Source of the DNA: Syntrophomonadaceae bacterium
GTDB lineage: Bacteria; Bacillota; Dethiobacteria; DTU022
DNA length: 34,726 nucleotides
Assembly: GCA_007136055.1 (NCBI GenBank)
Contig: SLHT01000067.1
Span: 1 to 34,726 of the forward strand
Reading direction: 5' to 3'
Numbering within the stretch: the first letter of the stretch is position 1; each line of letters begins with the position of its first letter. Below, piece by piece: positions 6,954 to 15,475 of the stretch. The notes below the pieces were generated by a model. That model worked only from the letters and a program-made list of their open reading frames with translations, did no database searches and was not told where the DNA came from. The position numbers and the translations under genes were made by a program.

Positions 6954-8502
6954 ACTTCTCTTCCGCTACTCCCGCAACCCGGTTTTTGAGGGCGGCGAAT
7001 ATCTTTGCTCTTGGCAAATCAGGCCTTGACCCGTGGATCTGCTCGAGACAAATGGAAGCACCGTAATCCATACCCTGGCACCCGGCCAGGAGAAGCACAT
7101 CGCCGTTTTCAGTTTCAGACAGGCCCCGGGCGATAGCATCGGGCAGCTGCTCATAGATTTCTACCTTGATTCCGGCTTCATTGATCGCTTCTTCGAAGAC
7201 CTGCCGTTCTTCTGTGGAGACAATATCTTTTTCGCTTACGTGGCTGCTGCTGGTAGTAGCGATAACCTTATCCAGGTCCAGCTTAGGCACCCAGTAAGCC
7301 AGCGCTTCGGCATTTTCGCGGTTAACGGTTACGCCGCGGCTGCCCCTGATGGCATAAACAAGGTGCAGCTTTTTATATTCCATCATCTGCAGGGTTTCTA
7401 ATGTAACATGGATATTTCCGCTATTAGCGAAATGATCGTCAATAACCTTATAGTTGTCTTCAAATATCAACTCGAAGCGCCGCTCAACACCGCGAAAATC
7501 ATGCAGGGCTTTCCTGATCGTTTCTGCAGGGATACCCTGAAGGAGGGCGGTCATAATTGCGGCCATGGCATTGTAGACACTGTGCAAACCGAGTACAGAG
7601 AGCTCGATAGAAAAAGAATCCGGCTGGGTGGCAAGCTGCTTGAATGCATCTTTTCTCTGTAGCTCAACCTTGAAGCGAGCCCTTCCTGTGCTCAGGTCAA
7701 GATCTTGGACCAGGCAGTCGGCAGCTTTATTTTTCAGGCCGTAAGTGAAAACCATGGCCCGTGTTTCGTTTACCAGGGGGGCTGTTTTGGGGCAATCGAG
7801 GTTGAATACAGCCCACTGGTCACCCCTGGCTTCACGGACCAGAGATGCTTTGGCTGCATAATACTGTTCATAAGAACCGTGCAGGTCGATATGTTCACGG
7901 CTGATGTTATTGACCACTACAGTATTAAAGTCAACATTGCCGACACGTTTAAGTTCCAGCCCCGAAGAGGAGACCTCCATAACAATGTGGCTGACATTTC
8001 GTTTGACCATTTGATCAAAGTAACGGTGCAAATCTAATGATTCCGGTGTAGTTAATTCAGCGGGTTCGATCAGGTTGCCTATCTTAACAACTACCGTGCC
8101 AATTAATCCCGTCTTAAGGCCGTGTTTTTCAAAAATCGAATTAATCATGTAAGTAGTGGTTGTTTTACCGTTTGTAGCCGTGACCCCGGTTACATTCATT
8201 TTTTTTGAAGGGTGGCCGTAAAAGTGATCAGCCAGGGCCGCTAAAGCCTTTCGACTGTCTTTGACGCGGTACTGGGGGATATCAATTCCTTCCTCGAACT
8301 CTTCAACTACAGCAGCTACGGCTCCATTTTTCACGGCCTGTTTAAGGTACAGGTGGCCGTCTGTTTTGTGGCCCTTAATACAGACGATAAGAGAACCATC
8401 TGATACCCGGCCGGAGTGGTAAGCGATACCGGTAATCGGCTTAATTATTCCCGGGCGCATTTCTTTTACAGTTATTGCTTCGAGCAGTCTATTCTGGTCC
8501 AA
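6952..8502 (-). CDS. Mur ligase family protein, MurE-like paralog with a divergent C-terminal domain
   Basis: MurE-like N-domain (GHKTDGHLYLKQAVKNGAVAAVVEE). ATP-binding P-loop GVTATNGKTTTTYMI. Central-domain motifs VMEVSSSGLEL and NNISREHIDLHG. TTG start, with AGGAGG 12 nt upstream. No dcw-cluster genes are nearby. Confidence 0.85.
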   Translation of the reverse strand: MDQNRLLEAITVKEMRPGIIKPITGIAYHSGRVSDGSLIVCIKGHKTDGHLYLKQAVKNGAVAAVVEEFEEGIDIPQYRVKDSRKALAALADHFYGHPSKKMNVTGVTATNGKTTTTYMINSIFEKHGLKTGLIGTVVVKIGNLIEPAELTTPESLDLHRYFDQMVKRNVSHIVMEVSSSGLELKRVGNVDFNTVVVNNISREHIDLHGSYEQYYAAKASLVREARGDQWAVFNLDCPKTAPLVNETRAMVFTYGLKNKAADCLVQDLDLSTGRARFKVELQRKDAFKQLATQPDSFSIELSVLGLHSVYNAMAAIMTALLQGIPAETIRKALHDFRGVERRFELIFEDNYKVIDDHFANSGNIHVTLETLQMMEYKKLHLVYAIRGSRGVTVNRENAEALAYWVPKLDLDKVIATTSSSHVSEKDIVSTEERQVFEEAINEAGIKVEIYEQLPDAIARGLSETENGDVLLLAGCQGMDYGASICLEQIHGSRPDLPRAKIFAALKNRVAGVAEEK

Positions 8503-8588
8503 TGATAATTACTGCCTCCTAAAGACAACGGTTATATAAACAGGAATTCGTTAGGTTTATGCCAAAATCCTCCTGCTGCAAATATGTA

Positions 8589-8613
8589 AGAGCCCGCTTA
8601 AAAAGCGGGCTCT
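8589..8613 (-). terminator. Hairpin terminator downstream of the ferredoxin gene
   Basis: Perfect 9-bp stem AGAGCCCGC/GCGGGCTCT with a 7-nt loop. On the minus strand it is followed by TTACATATTT. It lies 37 nt beyond the ferredoxin stop. Confidence 0.55.
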
Positions 8614-8649
8614 GGTTACGACAAAAACATGAATGTTACCTTTAGCCGC

Positions 8650-8832
8650 CTAAGAGATTTCTATGGATTCTGTTGGGCACTCTTCGGCTGCTTCGCGAAC
8701 CTTTTCTTCATGTTCTGCAGGCACGGGATTTACTTTTACTTCGGCTATTTCGTCTCCTAATTCAAAAACCTCGGGGACGATATCCTCACAAATACCGCAG
8801 GCGCTGCAATCATCATTTACCTTAACTTCCAT
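8650..8832 (-). CDS. Small single-cluster [4Fe-4S] ferredoxin (60 aa)
   Basis: CSACGICEDIVP ... ECPTESIEI is the Cx2Cx2C...CP pattern of short clostridial/Thermotoga-type ferredoxins. RBS AGGAGG before the ATG. Confidence 0.85.
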   Translation of the reverse strand: MEVKVNDDCSACGICEDIVPEVFELGDEIAEVKVNPVPAEHEEKVREAAEECPTESIEIS

Positions 8833-9024
8833 GCTGATGCCTCCTTAAAGATAATAATTGTTTTCACATTACATGGAAATGTATTCGCTAATGAATTCAT
8901 GATTCCTCTTTTTTATAGATAAATTTTGTTTGTTTTGTTAATCCATAACCAGGTTTTATTCAATTATCATGCCATTAGCTTTGTGAAAAGAATGCATAGC
9001 GTTATGGTTACTACCCATTAAATT

Positions 9025-9075
9025 TGTGGATAATGCAGGGGGAGGTTAGCATGTAAAGGACTTGGCTGTGGATAA
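9025..9075. promoter_or_regulatory. Two perfect DnaA boxes (TGTGGATAA, which is TTATCCACA on the other strand) in direct orientation
   Basis: Exact 9-mers at 9025-9033 and 9067-9075. Weaker 7/9 matches at about 8938-8946 (TAATCCATA) and about 9080-9088 (TGTGCATAC). Confidence 0.5.
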
Positions 9076-9305
9076 ACCTGTGCATACTGTGGGCAGAACA
9101 GGTATTTGTTTTTAAAAATGCTTCTTTACAGGGCAAAAATAATTATTTATGAAATTAATGGTTGACATAAGATGTTGATCGTAATAATTATACCTGCCTT
9201 TTATGCTGAAAATAATCTCAAAAAGCTGCTCAGAACAAACCACAGTTTGCAAACACGCATTTTTTGTGTTATTAATAAAATTAATAAGCTCAGGGGGGTG
9301 TATTA

Positions 9306-9386
9306 ATGAAGCGTTTTTCAATGCTGTTTTTAGCTTTAACCATGGTCCTAATGTTTTTATTGGCCGGCTGCACTTCCGGTGGATGA
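9306..9386 (+). CDS. 26-codon mini-ORF consisting only of a lipoprotein signal peptide (MKRFSMLFLALTMVLMFLLAGCTSGG)
   Basis: Strong RBS AGGGGGGTG 5-6 nt upstream of the ATG. Classic n-region, h-region and lipobox LAGC. Ends with TGA immediately followed by TAG. A perfect -35 TTGACA lies at about 9162. It is too short to be in the ORF track. Confidence 0.3.
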   Translation: MKRFSMLFLALTMVLMFLLAGCTSGG

Positions 9387-9507
9387 TAGTTTCGCCTTCG
9401 GGGTCGGTTCGACCCTTAGAGCAATGATTTAAGCACTCCAGTTTGTTGCCACAGTATCTATTAAGGTAGCAGTGAACAGGGGTGTTTTTTATTCCAGGAC
9501 CCAGGAT

Positions 9508-10683
9508 TTATATGATCTGAAGTTGATCGCTATAAGAAGTTAGCTGTTTTAACTGCCTGGATTCAACGACAAGAGTGTCTTCGATGCCGACTGTTCCTTC
9601 TCCGGGAAATACAAATTTCGGTTCGAGGGCGAATACCATTCCTTCTTCCAGGGGAGTATCAGAGCCGCGCGCGATGACAGGTAGTTCATCCAATTCTAAG
9701 CCAACTCCATGGCCGACAAAGCTTACTTTTTCAACATAACCCATGAAATGATTGCCAAGGCCTGCCTCAGAAGCGATCTGCTCTGCTTTTTCATAAATAG
9801 ATCCTGTTGTTACTCCTGCTTTGCCCATTGTCAGAAGAGTATTCTTAATGAAAACAGCTATTTTATAGGCCTCTTGTAAGTGCGCCGGTGGTTCACCAAG
9901 GCAGAAGATTCGGGTTTGATCAACCATGTAGCCACCAAGCACGCTGACAAAGTCAACCAGGATCGGCTCGTTTCTTTTAATCAGGCCCGGGCCTGCACCC
10001 TGTGGAAATGAGGGGTTTAAGCCTGAACCACCTGTTGGACCGTCAAAAAAGCTGATCGCTGCTGCATTCTCTCCGGACATGATATGTCCGTAATAGAGCT
10101 CCTGGTTAAAACCACGCATTCTTACCGCTCCCTGGTGTCCCATGCTACGCGCATGCTCTTCAAGTTGACCGGCAAGTTCTATCTCAGTTAAGCCTTCCCT
10201 GATGATGATGCGGGCCTGTTTGAAGATCGCTGTGCTTATTTTAGCCGCTTCCCGCATCAGTCCGAGTTCATAGTCAGATTTAATAGCCCTGATTTTACGG
10301 ATAGCCCGGGATATATCGGCAAGTTGATATCCTTCCAACATTTTTTGGTAGCGGAAGTAAAGGTTTGCCGGCAGGACGTCAGTTTCAATACCGATTTTTG
10401 AACCTTTCGGCAGCAATTCAGTAATATATTTTTTGAGCTTATCCGAACCATCATAAGGGATTATTTGCTCAAGCTTGCTTTCCTGTTCTGCCCTGGCCAT
10501 CGATTTTTTTACTATTAATGTCGGTTTTCCTTCAGCAGGTATAAAAAGTTGGGCATTTTGCCCGGTTCCACTAAAGTAAAACAGGTCTGCCCTCTGAATT
10601 AGAAGCGCTCCGGCCAGATCTTCTTTTCGCATCGTTTCCTGCAGTTTTCCAATTCGTTCCTGTAACTCTTTATACGGTGTCAT
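9508..10683 (-). CDS. M24-family metallopeptidase (Xaa-Pro aminopeptidase/dipeptidase type)
   Basis: Creatinase/prolidase-type N-domain followed by a pita-bread domain with metal-ligand contexts (VDFVSVLGGYMVDQTR, HGVGLELDELP, ALEPKF, GIEDTLVV). RBS GGAGGAAAG. Confidence 0.85.
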   Translation of the reverse strand: MTPYKELQERIGKLQETMRKEDLAGALLIQRADLFYFSGTGQNAQLFIPAEGKPTLIVKKSMARAEQESKLEQIIPYDGSDKLKKYITELLPKGSKIGIETDVLPANLYFRYQKMLEGYQLADISRAIRKIRAIKSDYELGLMREAAKISTAIFKQARIIIREGLTEIELAGQLEEHARSMGHQGAVRMRGFNQELYYGHIMSGENAAAISFFDGPTGGSGLNPSFPQGAGPGLIKRNEPILVDFVSVLGGYMVDQTRIFCLGEPPAHLQEAYKIAVFIKNTLLTMGKAGVTTGSIYEKAEQIASEAGLGNHFMGYVEKVSFVGHGVGLELDELPVIARGSDTPLEEGMVFALEPKFVFPGEGTVGIEDTLVVESRQLKQLTSYSDQLQII

Positions 10684-10946
10684 TTGCTTTCCTCCAATGT
10701 AAGCAGGTCAAATATTAACTTTACATAAGTTTCCTTCCGGAAGAAGGAACCCAGCGATAATTATACGTAGCGCTTTTTAGGTTTCTATATTACGACCTTA
10801 TTTTGAATCCGGGCTCCAGGATACTGTTATTGCTGCGTATGCGATATTAAAAGGAGCACTTTACTTTATCATACCACAATAACGGTAATGATTTAAGTAT
10901 CGTGCTCCTTATCTTTTATGAACCCGGTTCAGTTATACCAGGTGCA

Positions 10947-12122
10947 TCAGGCCCTTTCGAACAGACCGGCGGCACCCATGCCGCCGCCGATACACATGGA
11001 CACGACACCGTATTGCGAACCGCGCCGGTCCATTTCGTGCAGCAGCGTCGCGGTAAGCTTGGCCCCGGTGCATCCCAGGGGATGGCCGAGAGCAATGGCC
11101 CCGCCATTAACGTTAACAATATCCGGGTTAATGTCAAGCTCACGCATACAGTAAATCGCCTGCGAAGCAAAGGCTTCGTTTAGCTCAAAGAGGTCAATAT
11201 CGCTGATCTTCTTACCGGTCAGTTCCATTAGCTTTGGAATGGCGACTGCAGGTCCGACGCCCATAATTTCAGGCGGGCAGCCGGCAACGCCGAAACCGCG
11301 GAAAATAGCGATCGGTTTTAAACCAAGGGCTTTGGCTTTTTCTGCCGACATAACTACGGTAGCTGCAGCGCCATCGCTGGTTTGTGAAGAGTTTCCGGCG
11401 GTGACACTGCCCTTGGCGTGAAATGCCGGGCGCAGCTTGGAGAGAGCTTCCAGGCTGGTTTCGCGTATTCCCTCGTCAACCTCGAAAACAAACTCCTTTT
11501 CGATGATTTTGTTGTCCGGTCCGACAGAGCGGTCTACAACTTTAAGAGGGACTATTTCATCTTTAAAGCGGCCTTCCTTGGTGGCTGCCGCCGCTTTTTG
11601 CTGGCTGGCCAGACCGAACTGATCCTGGTCTTCTCGGGAAATGTTAAAGCGCTGGGCGACATTTTCAGCGGTGATGCCCATCGGGGTATAAGTTTCAATG
11701 AGGCTTTCGGCCAGTCGTGGGCTCGGGGCAAGCTTGTTGCCGCCCATCTGAACGAGACTCATGGTCTCCACCCCGCCTGCCACAATTACATCGGCAAAAC
11801 CGCACATGATCCTTTCGGCAGCCAGGGCGATAGCCTGTAATCCCGAGGAACAAAAACGGTTTACGGTTTGACCCGGCACGGTATCGGGTAGCCCGGCCTG
11901 CAGGGCAACGATTCTACCTAAGTTCATGCCCTGTTCCGCTTCCGGGAATGAACAGCCGAGAATCACGTCTTCTATTTCAGCAGGGTCCAGGCCTTTAGCC
12001 CGGTTCACTGCTTCCCTGACAGCCATTTCTCCCATATATTCAGGGCGAGTATTGCGCAGTGTACCTTTTGGCGCCCTGCCGACTGCTGTTCGAACACTGG
12101 AAACAATAACAGCTTCTTTCAT
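10947..12122 (-). CDS. fadA: Acetyl-CoA C-acyltransferase (thiolase)
   Basis: Thiolase signatures: active-site Cys context [40 protein letters not shown]. 391 aa. Lies 17 nt downstream of the HADH/ECH gene. Confidence 0.92.
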   Translation of the reverse strand: MKEAVIVSSVRTAVGRAPKGTLRNTRPEYMGEMAVREAVNRAKGLDPAEIEDVILGCSFPEAEQGMNLGRIVALQAGLPDTVPGQTVNRFCSSGLQAIALAAERIMCGFADVIVAGGVETMSLVQMGGNKLAPSPRLAESLIETYTPMGITAENVAQRFNISREDQDQFGLASQQKAAAATKEGRFKDEIVPLKVVDRSVGPDNKIIEKEFVFEVDEGIRETSLEALSKLRPAFHAKGSVTAGNSSQTSDGAAATVVMSAEKAKALGLKPIAIFRGFGVAGCPPEIMGVGPAVAIPKLMELTGKKISDIDLFELNEAFASQAIYCMRELDINPDIVNVNGGAIALGHPLGCTGAKLTATLLHEMDRRGSQYGVVSMCIGGGMGAAGLFERA

Positions 12123-12139
12123 TCTCGTTACCTCCTCCT

Positions 12140-14548
12140 TTAATTCCTTAAAGGTTTACCTTTGGTTAGAAAGTGATTGATCCGCTCCTGGGTTTTCTCT
12201 TCGCCGAGGAGCTCCAGGAAGGCCTCTCTTTCGATATCCAACAGGTATTGTTCGCTGACTTGCGAGTTTGGTTTAATATTGCCGCCACAGAGGACGTAAG
12301 CTACCTTTCCGGCTATTTTCTGTTCATATTCGGTGATATAACCGCCCCAGAGCATATTCTGGACGCCGACCTTGAAGGTAGCCAGGCCGTATTCACCAAG
12401 GACCGTGATCGGCTTTTGGACCGGCGGCTCGTAACCTTCCTTGACCATACCCAGGACTGTATTTTTGGCGTCGTTCAGCAGGTAGTCCTGGTTGATCGTT
12501 ATCTTATCAGTCTGCCTTAAAAAGCCCAGTTCGCGGGCATGTTGAGCGCTGGAGGACACAGTGCCCATAGCGATTGCTTCAAATGCTTTTTGAACATAGG
12601 GCAGCCGGTCGACCTTGATATCATCGCGCAACCCTTCGGTCATCCGGATCAGCAGCTCTTTGTTGCCTCCCGCACCGGGAATCAAGCCCATTCCAATCTC
12701 GACCTGACCCATAAAAGTGTCAGCGGCTGCGTGAATGCGGTTGCAGTGTGCTGCCACTTCCATCCCACCGCCTAAAGTCATCTGGAAGGGGGCGGCAACG
12801 ACCGGAAAACGGGAATATTTCAAGGTCATTAAGCTGTTCTGGTACCTTCTGGCCATCTCGTTAATCTGATCCCACTCGCCTGACTGGGCGGCCATTAACA
12901 TCAATACCACGTTGGCGCCGACACAGAAATATTTTTCCTGGTTGCCGACAACAAGGCCGATATAATTCTTCTCCACCTCTTCCACGGCTTCGAAAATGAG
13001 TTCCATGAAGTCGTTGCTTAGCGCCTGCTGTGGGCTGTGCTGCTCGAGGCAGAGAACGCCGTCGCCCATGTCGATCAGGCTGCCGTCATCGTTACCTTTA
13101 ACCAGTTTGTTCTGTTTTTTTAGGGCCGGCAGGCTGATTATTTCCGGGCTTACCGGAACCGGTTTGTAGTTCTTCAATGCGAAGTCGTAATATGAAAGAA
13201 CACCTTTTTCATCTTCCCTGTAGAAGCTTTCAAAGCCTTTGTTGAGCATTTCTTCTACGTTGGCAGGGATGGTTTCGCCTTCGCTTTTCATCCGCTCGAC
13301 GCTTTCTTTGACCCCGATGGCATCCCATTGTTCAAAGGGACCGAGTTTTTGGTTAAAGCCCCAGCGCATCGCCCGGTCGACATTATAAACATCGTCAGAA
13401 ATTTCCGGAATCAGGGAGGCACTGTAAAGAAGGATACGCTTGGTTAACTTCCAGGCAAACGTGCCGGCTTTGTCTTGCGATTCGAGCAGCATCTTGAAGC
13501 CATCTTTTAAGCCGGCCTGCTTGGTTTTGCCGAGAATATCAAAACGTGGTTTTTGCTTGGGTTGGTATTCCAGCCTTTTATAATCAAGCGCCAAAATTTC
13601 CGAGCCTTTTTCACCTTTAACCTTCTTGTAAAAGCCCTGCTTGGTTTTGTCACCGAGCATTTTATGGTCGATCATCTTGTTGATGAAATCAGGCAGAACA
13701 AAAAGGTCTTTTTCTTCCGGATCCTTCGATTTATCATAGACGGTACGGGCCACATGGGCAAATGTGTCCAATCCAACCATGTCGCTTGTGCGGAAAGTAG
13801 CGCTCTTGGGCCGCCCCATTGGCGGTCCGGTAATAGTGTCAACTTCTTCTACTGTCATATCCTCTTCGACCATTAGCCTTAGCGTATAAACAATGCTAAA
13901 AACACCGATCCGGTTGGCGATGAAGTTTGGGGTATCTTTAGCGAAAACGACCCCCTTGCCGAGGACCTTTTCACAGAAGCGATGCATGTAATTGAGTACT
14001 TCTTCAGAGGTGTCATCGCAGGGAATTATTTCTAAGAGCTTCATCCAACGCGGTGGATTGAAGAAGTGGGTGCCCAGGAAATGCTGACGAAACTCCGGTG
14101 AGTTGTCGGCAACCATTTCATCAATGGAGAGACCGGAGGTGTTTGAAGAAACAATTGTTCCTTTTGTCCAGTTTTCTTCAACCTGCTTGAATACCTTTTT
14201 CTTGATATCCATGTTTTCTACGATAACTTCGATAACCCAGTCGACTTCTTTCAGCTTTTCCATGTCATCTTCAAAGTTGCCGGGAGTGATCAGATCTATA
14301 TTTGAGTCGCGGTAAAGCGGTTTCTGTTTGTTTTTAAGCAGTTCTTGTTTTCCATTCCTGGAAAGGCGGTTGCGAACTTCCGAGCTTTCCAGGGTTAAGC
14401 CTTTTTTCTCTTCCTCCGGGGTTAGCTCACGGGGAACAATATCGAGCAGATAAGTTGGAATGCCAACGTTTGCCAGATGTGCGGCAATAGTGGCTCCCAT
14501 TACTCCGGCACCGAGTACAGCAGCCTTTCGGATTTCTTTCAAGGCCAT
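12140..14548 (-). CDS. fadN: Bifunctional 3-hydroxyacyl-CoA dehydrogenase / enoyl-CoA hydratase (FadN-type, 802 aa)
   Basis: N-terminal Rossmann motif [17 protein letters not shown] and HADH blocks ([14 protein letters not shown]). C-terminal crotonase fold ([27 protein letters not shown]). Same size and order as B. subtilis fadN-fadA. Confidence 0.9.
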   Translation of the reverse strand: MALKEIRKAAVLGAGVMGATIAAHLANVGIPTYLLDIVPRELTPEEEKKGLTLESSEVRNRLSRNGKQELLKNKQKPLYRDSNIDLITPGNFEDDMEKLKEVDWVIEVIVENMDIKKKVFKQVEENWTKGTIVSSNTSGLSIDEMVADNSPEFRQHFLGTHFFNPPRWMKLLEIIPCDDTSEEVLNYMHRFCEKVLGKGVVFAKDTPNFIANRIGVFSIVYTLRLMVEEDMTVEEVDTITGPPMGRPKSATFRTSDMVGLDTFAHVARTVYDKSKDPEEKDLFVLPDFINKMIDHKMLGDKTKQGFYKKVKGEKGSEILALDYKRLEYQPKQKPRFDILGKTKQAGLKDGFKMLLESQDKAGTFAWKLTKRILLYSASLIPEISDDVYNVDRAMRWGFNQKLGPFEQWDAIGVKESVERMKSEGETIPANVEEMLNKGFESFYREDEKGVLSYYDFALKNYKPVPVSPEIISLPALKKQNKLVKGNDDGSLIDMGDGVLCLEQHSPQQALSNDFMELIFEAVEEVEKNYIGLVVGNQEKYFCVGANVVLMLMAAQSGEWDQINEMARRYQNSLMTLKYSRFPVVAAPFQMTLGGGMEVAAHCNRIHAAADTFMGQVEIGMGLIPGAGGNKELLIRMTEGLRDDIKVDRLPYVQKAFEAIAMGTVSSSAQHARELGFLRQTDKITINQDYLLNDAKNTVLGMVKEGYEPPVQKPITVLGEYGLATFKVGVQNMLWGGYITEYEQKIAGKVAYVLCGGNIKPNSQVSEQYLLDIEREAFLELLGEEKTQERINHFLTKGKPLRN

Positions 14549-14615
14549 TAAAATACCTCCTTATTTCATAAGTTTGACATTGTGCATTCTAAAAAAGAGG
14601 ATTAATAAGAAAACT

Positions 14616-15197
14616 TTAATACAGGCCCCTTACCAGCAGTTCAAATAATGGTTCGCTCAAAGCGGTCAGGTCATAGCGTTTTCTGGACATAACCCAACAG
14701 GTAACCACCTCATCTATGCCTCCGAAAACAACTTTTCTGGCAATTCTGGTATCGAGGGTTTGGCGGTAAAGACCCTGCTTTTTGCCTTCGTCGATCACCT
14801 CCTCAATTAAATCGAAGTATCTCTTTAGCGGCCTGGAAATGCCTTCATTAATCGCCTGATCAATCTGTCTTAACTCAATCTGGGTCACCTTGGCCTGGTC
14901 CGGTTTGCCGGCCAGGGTAGTCAGGTGGTAAGTAATTATTTTTCTTAATTTTTCTGTGGCGTTTTGGCATTGTAAAAGCTCGCTGAATAGATCCTCTACA
15001 AAACGGATCATCAAATCCTGGAAGAGGGAGACCAGGATGTCTTCTTTATTCTCGAAGTAGATATAAACGGTGCCGTCAGCTACTCCGGCTTCGCGGGCAA
15101 TATCGGCAACCCGGGTTCGGTGGTAGCCGGTTCGGGCAAAGGTTTTAACGGCGGCATCAAGAATATCATGATGTTTTTCTCCACTTCGCTTGGCCAC
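14616..15197 (-). CDS. fadR: TetR-family fatty-acid degradation repressor (FadR/YsiA-like)
   Basis: TetR HTH (GYHRTRVADIAREAGVADGTVYIYFENKEDIL). Similar along the whole length to B. subtilis FadR as I recall it (VTQIELRQ, GGIDEVVTCWVM, YDLTAL). GTG at 15197 is preferred because GGGAGGGG lies 4 nt upstream and it gives 194 aa. The track start at 15230 falls inside the operator palindrome. Confidence 0.85.
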   Translation of the reverse strand: MAKRSGEKHHDILDAAVKTFARTGYHRTRVADIAREAGVADGTVYIYFENKEDILVSLFQDLMIRFVEDLFSELLQCQNATEKLRKIITYHLTTLAGKPDQAKVTQIELRQIDQAINEGISRPLKRYFDLIEEVIDEGKKQGLYRQTLDTRIARKVVFGGIDEVVTCWVMSRKRYDLTALSEPLFELLVRGLY

Positions 15198-15212
15198 TAT
15201 ACCCCTCCCAAT

Positions 15213-15236
15213 AAATGAATGAAGGCTCATTCGTTT
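15213..15236. promoter_or_regulatory. Candidate FadR operator (inverted repeat AAATGAATGA-AGGC-TCATTCGTTT)
   Basis: 9 of 10 positions in the arms are complementary. The TGAATGA half-site matches the B. subtilis FadR (YsiA) box as I recall it. It sits just upstream of the fadR RBS. Confidence 0.55.
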
Positions 15237-15378
15237 CTATTGTATACTCTTTTGAGATAATAATCAACAGTTATCGCAATTTTTTGGAACTGCCGTAGTA
15301 GGATTCAGGAGTCTGAAGTCAAAAGTCAGCTTTTCCTGTTGTATCATGAATTTATCTATGTTAATATATAATTGCTTT

Positions 15379-15408
15379 AACGCCTGCACTAAAGGCGTTT
15401 TTATTATT
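15379..15408 (+). terminator. Terminator-like hairpin in the tig upstream region
   Basis: AACGCCT-gcactaa-AGGCGTT followed by TTTATTATT. It lies just downstream of a promoter-like TTGTAT-17 nt-TAATAT. The function (5' stabiliser, attenuator or sRNA end) is unresolved. Confidence 0.35.
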
Positions 15409-15475
15409 GATTTTCTGTTTTCCGGTATCAGGGTTACTATTAAAATTGAATTAAGTGGCAAGGAGAGGAGCATAA

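Noticed and set aside
8891-8900. Perfect palindrome ATGAATTCAT just downstream of the putative ferredoxin promoter, considered as a Fur/PerR-type box
   Set aside because: It matches only about the first six positions of the Fur consensus (TAATGA) and does not fit the 7-1-7 TGATAAT-N-ATTATCA architecture. A 10-bp palindrome in AT-rich DNA is weak evidence.
9112-9427. Track ORFs 9112..9321 (-) and 9203..9427 (+) in the AT-rich gap
   Set aside because: They have Asn/Ile/Phe/Lys-rich composition typical of random frames in AT-rich DNA. They have no RBS and overlap each other. Only the short 9306..9386 frame has translation signals.
10706-10712. GGTCAAA heptad, considered as a CtsR box. I also looked for CtsR or CIRCE elements upstream of clpP, clpX and lon.
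   Set aside because: Only a single heptad is present, with no tandem repeat, and it lies upstream of the M24 peptidase and not a clp gene. I found no GGTCAAA-N3-GGTCAAA or TTAGCACTC-N9-GAGTGCTAA in the tig-clpP, clpP-clpX or clpX-lon gaps.
10851-10910. 9-bp inverted repeat AAGGAGCAC ... GTGCTCCTT downstream of the thiolase gene, as a terminator
   Set aside because: The loop is about 42 nt, with only a partial inner helix, so it is not a convincing intrinsic terminator. On the minus strand a TTTT run does follow, so read-through into the M24 peptidase gene cannot be excluded either way.
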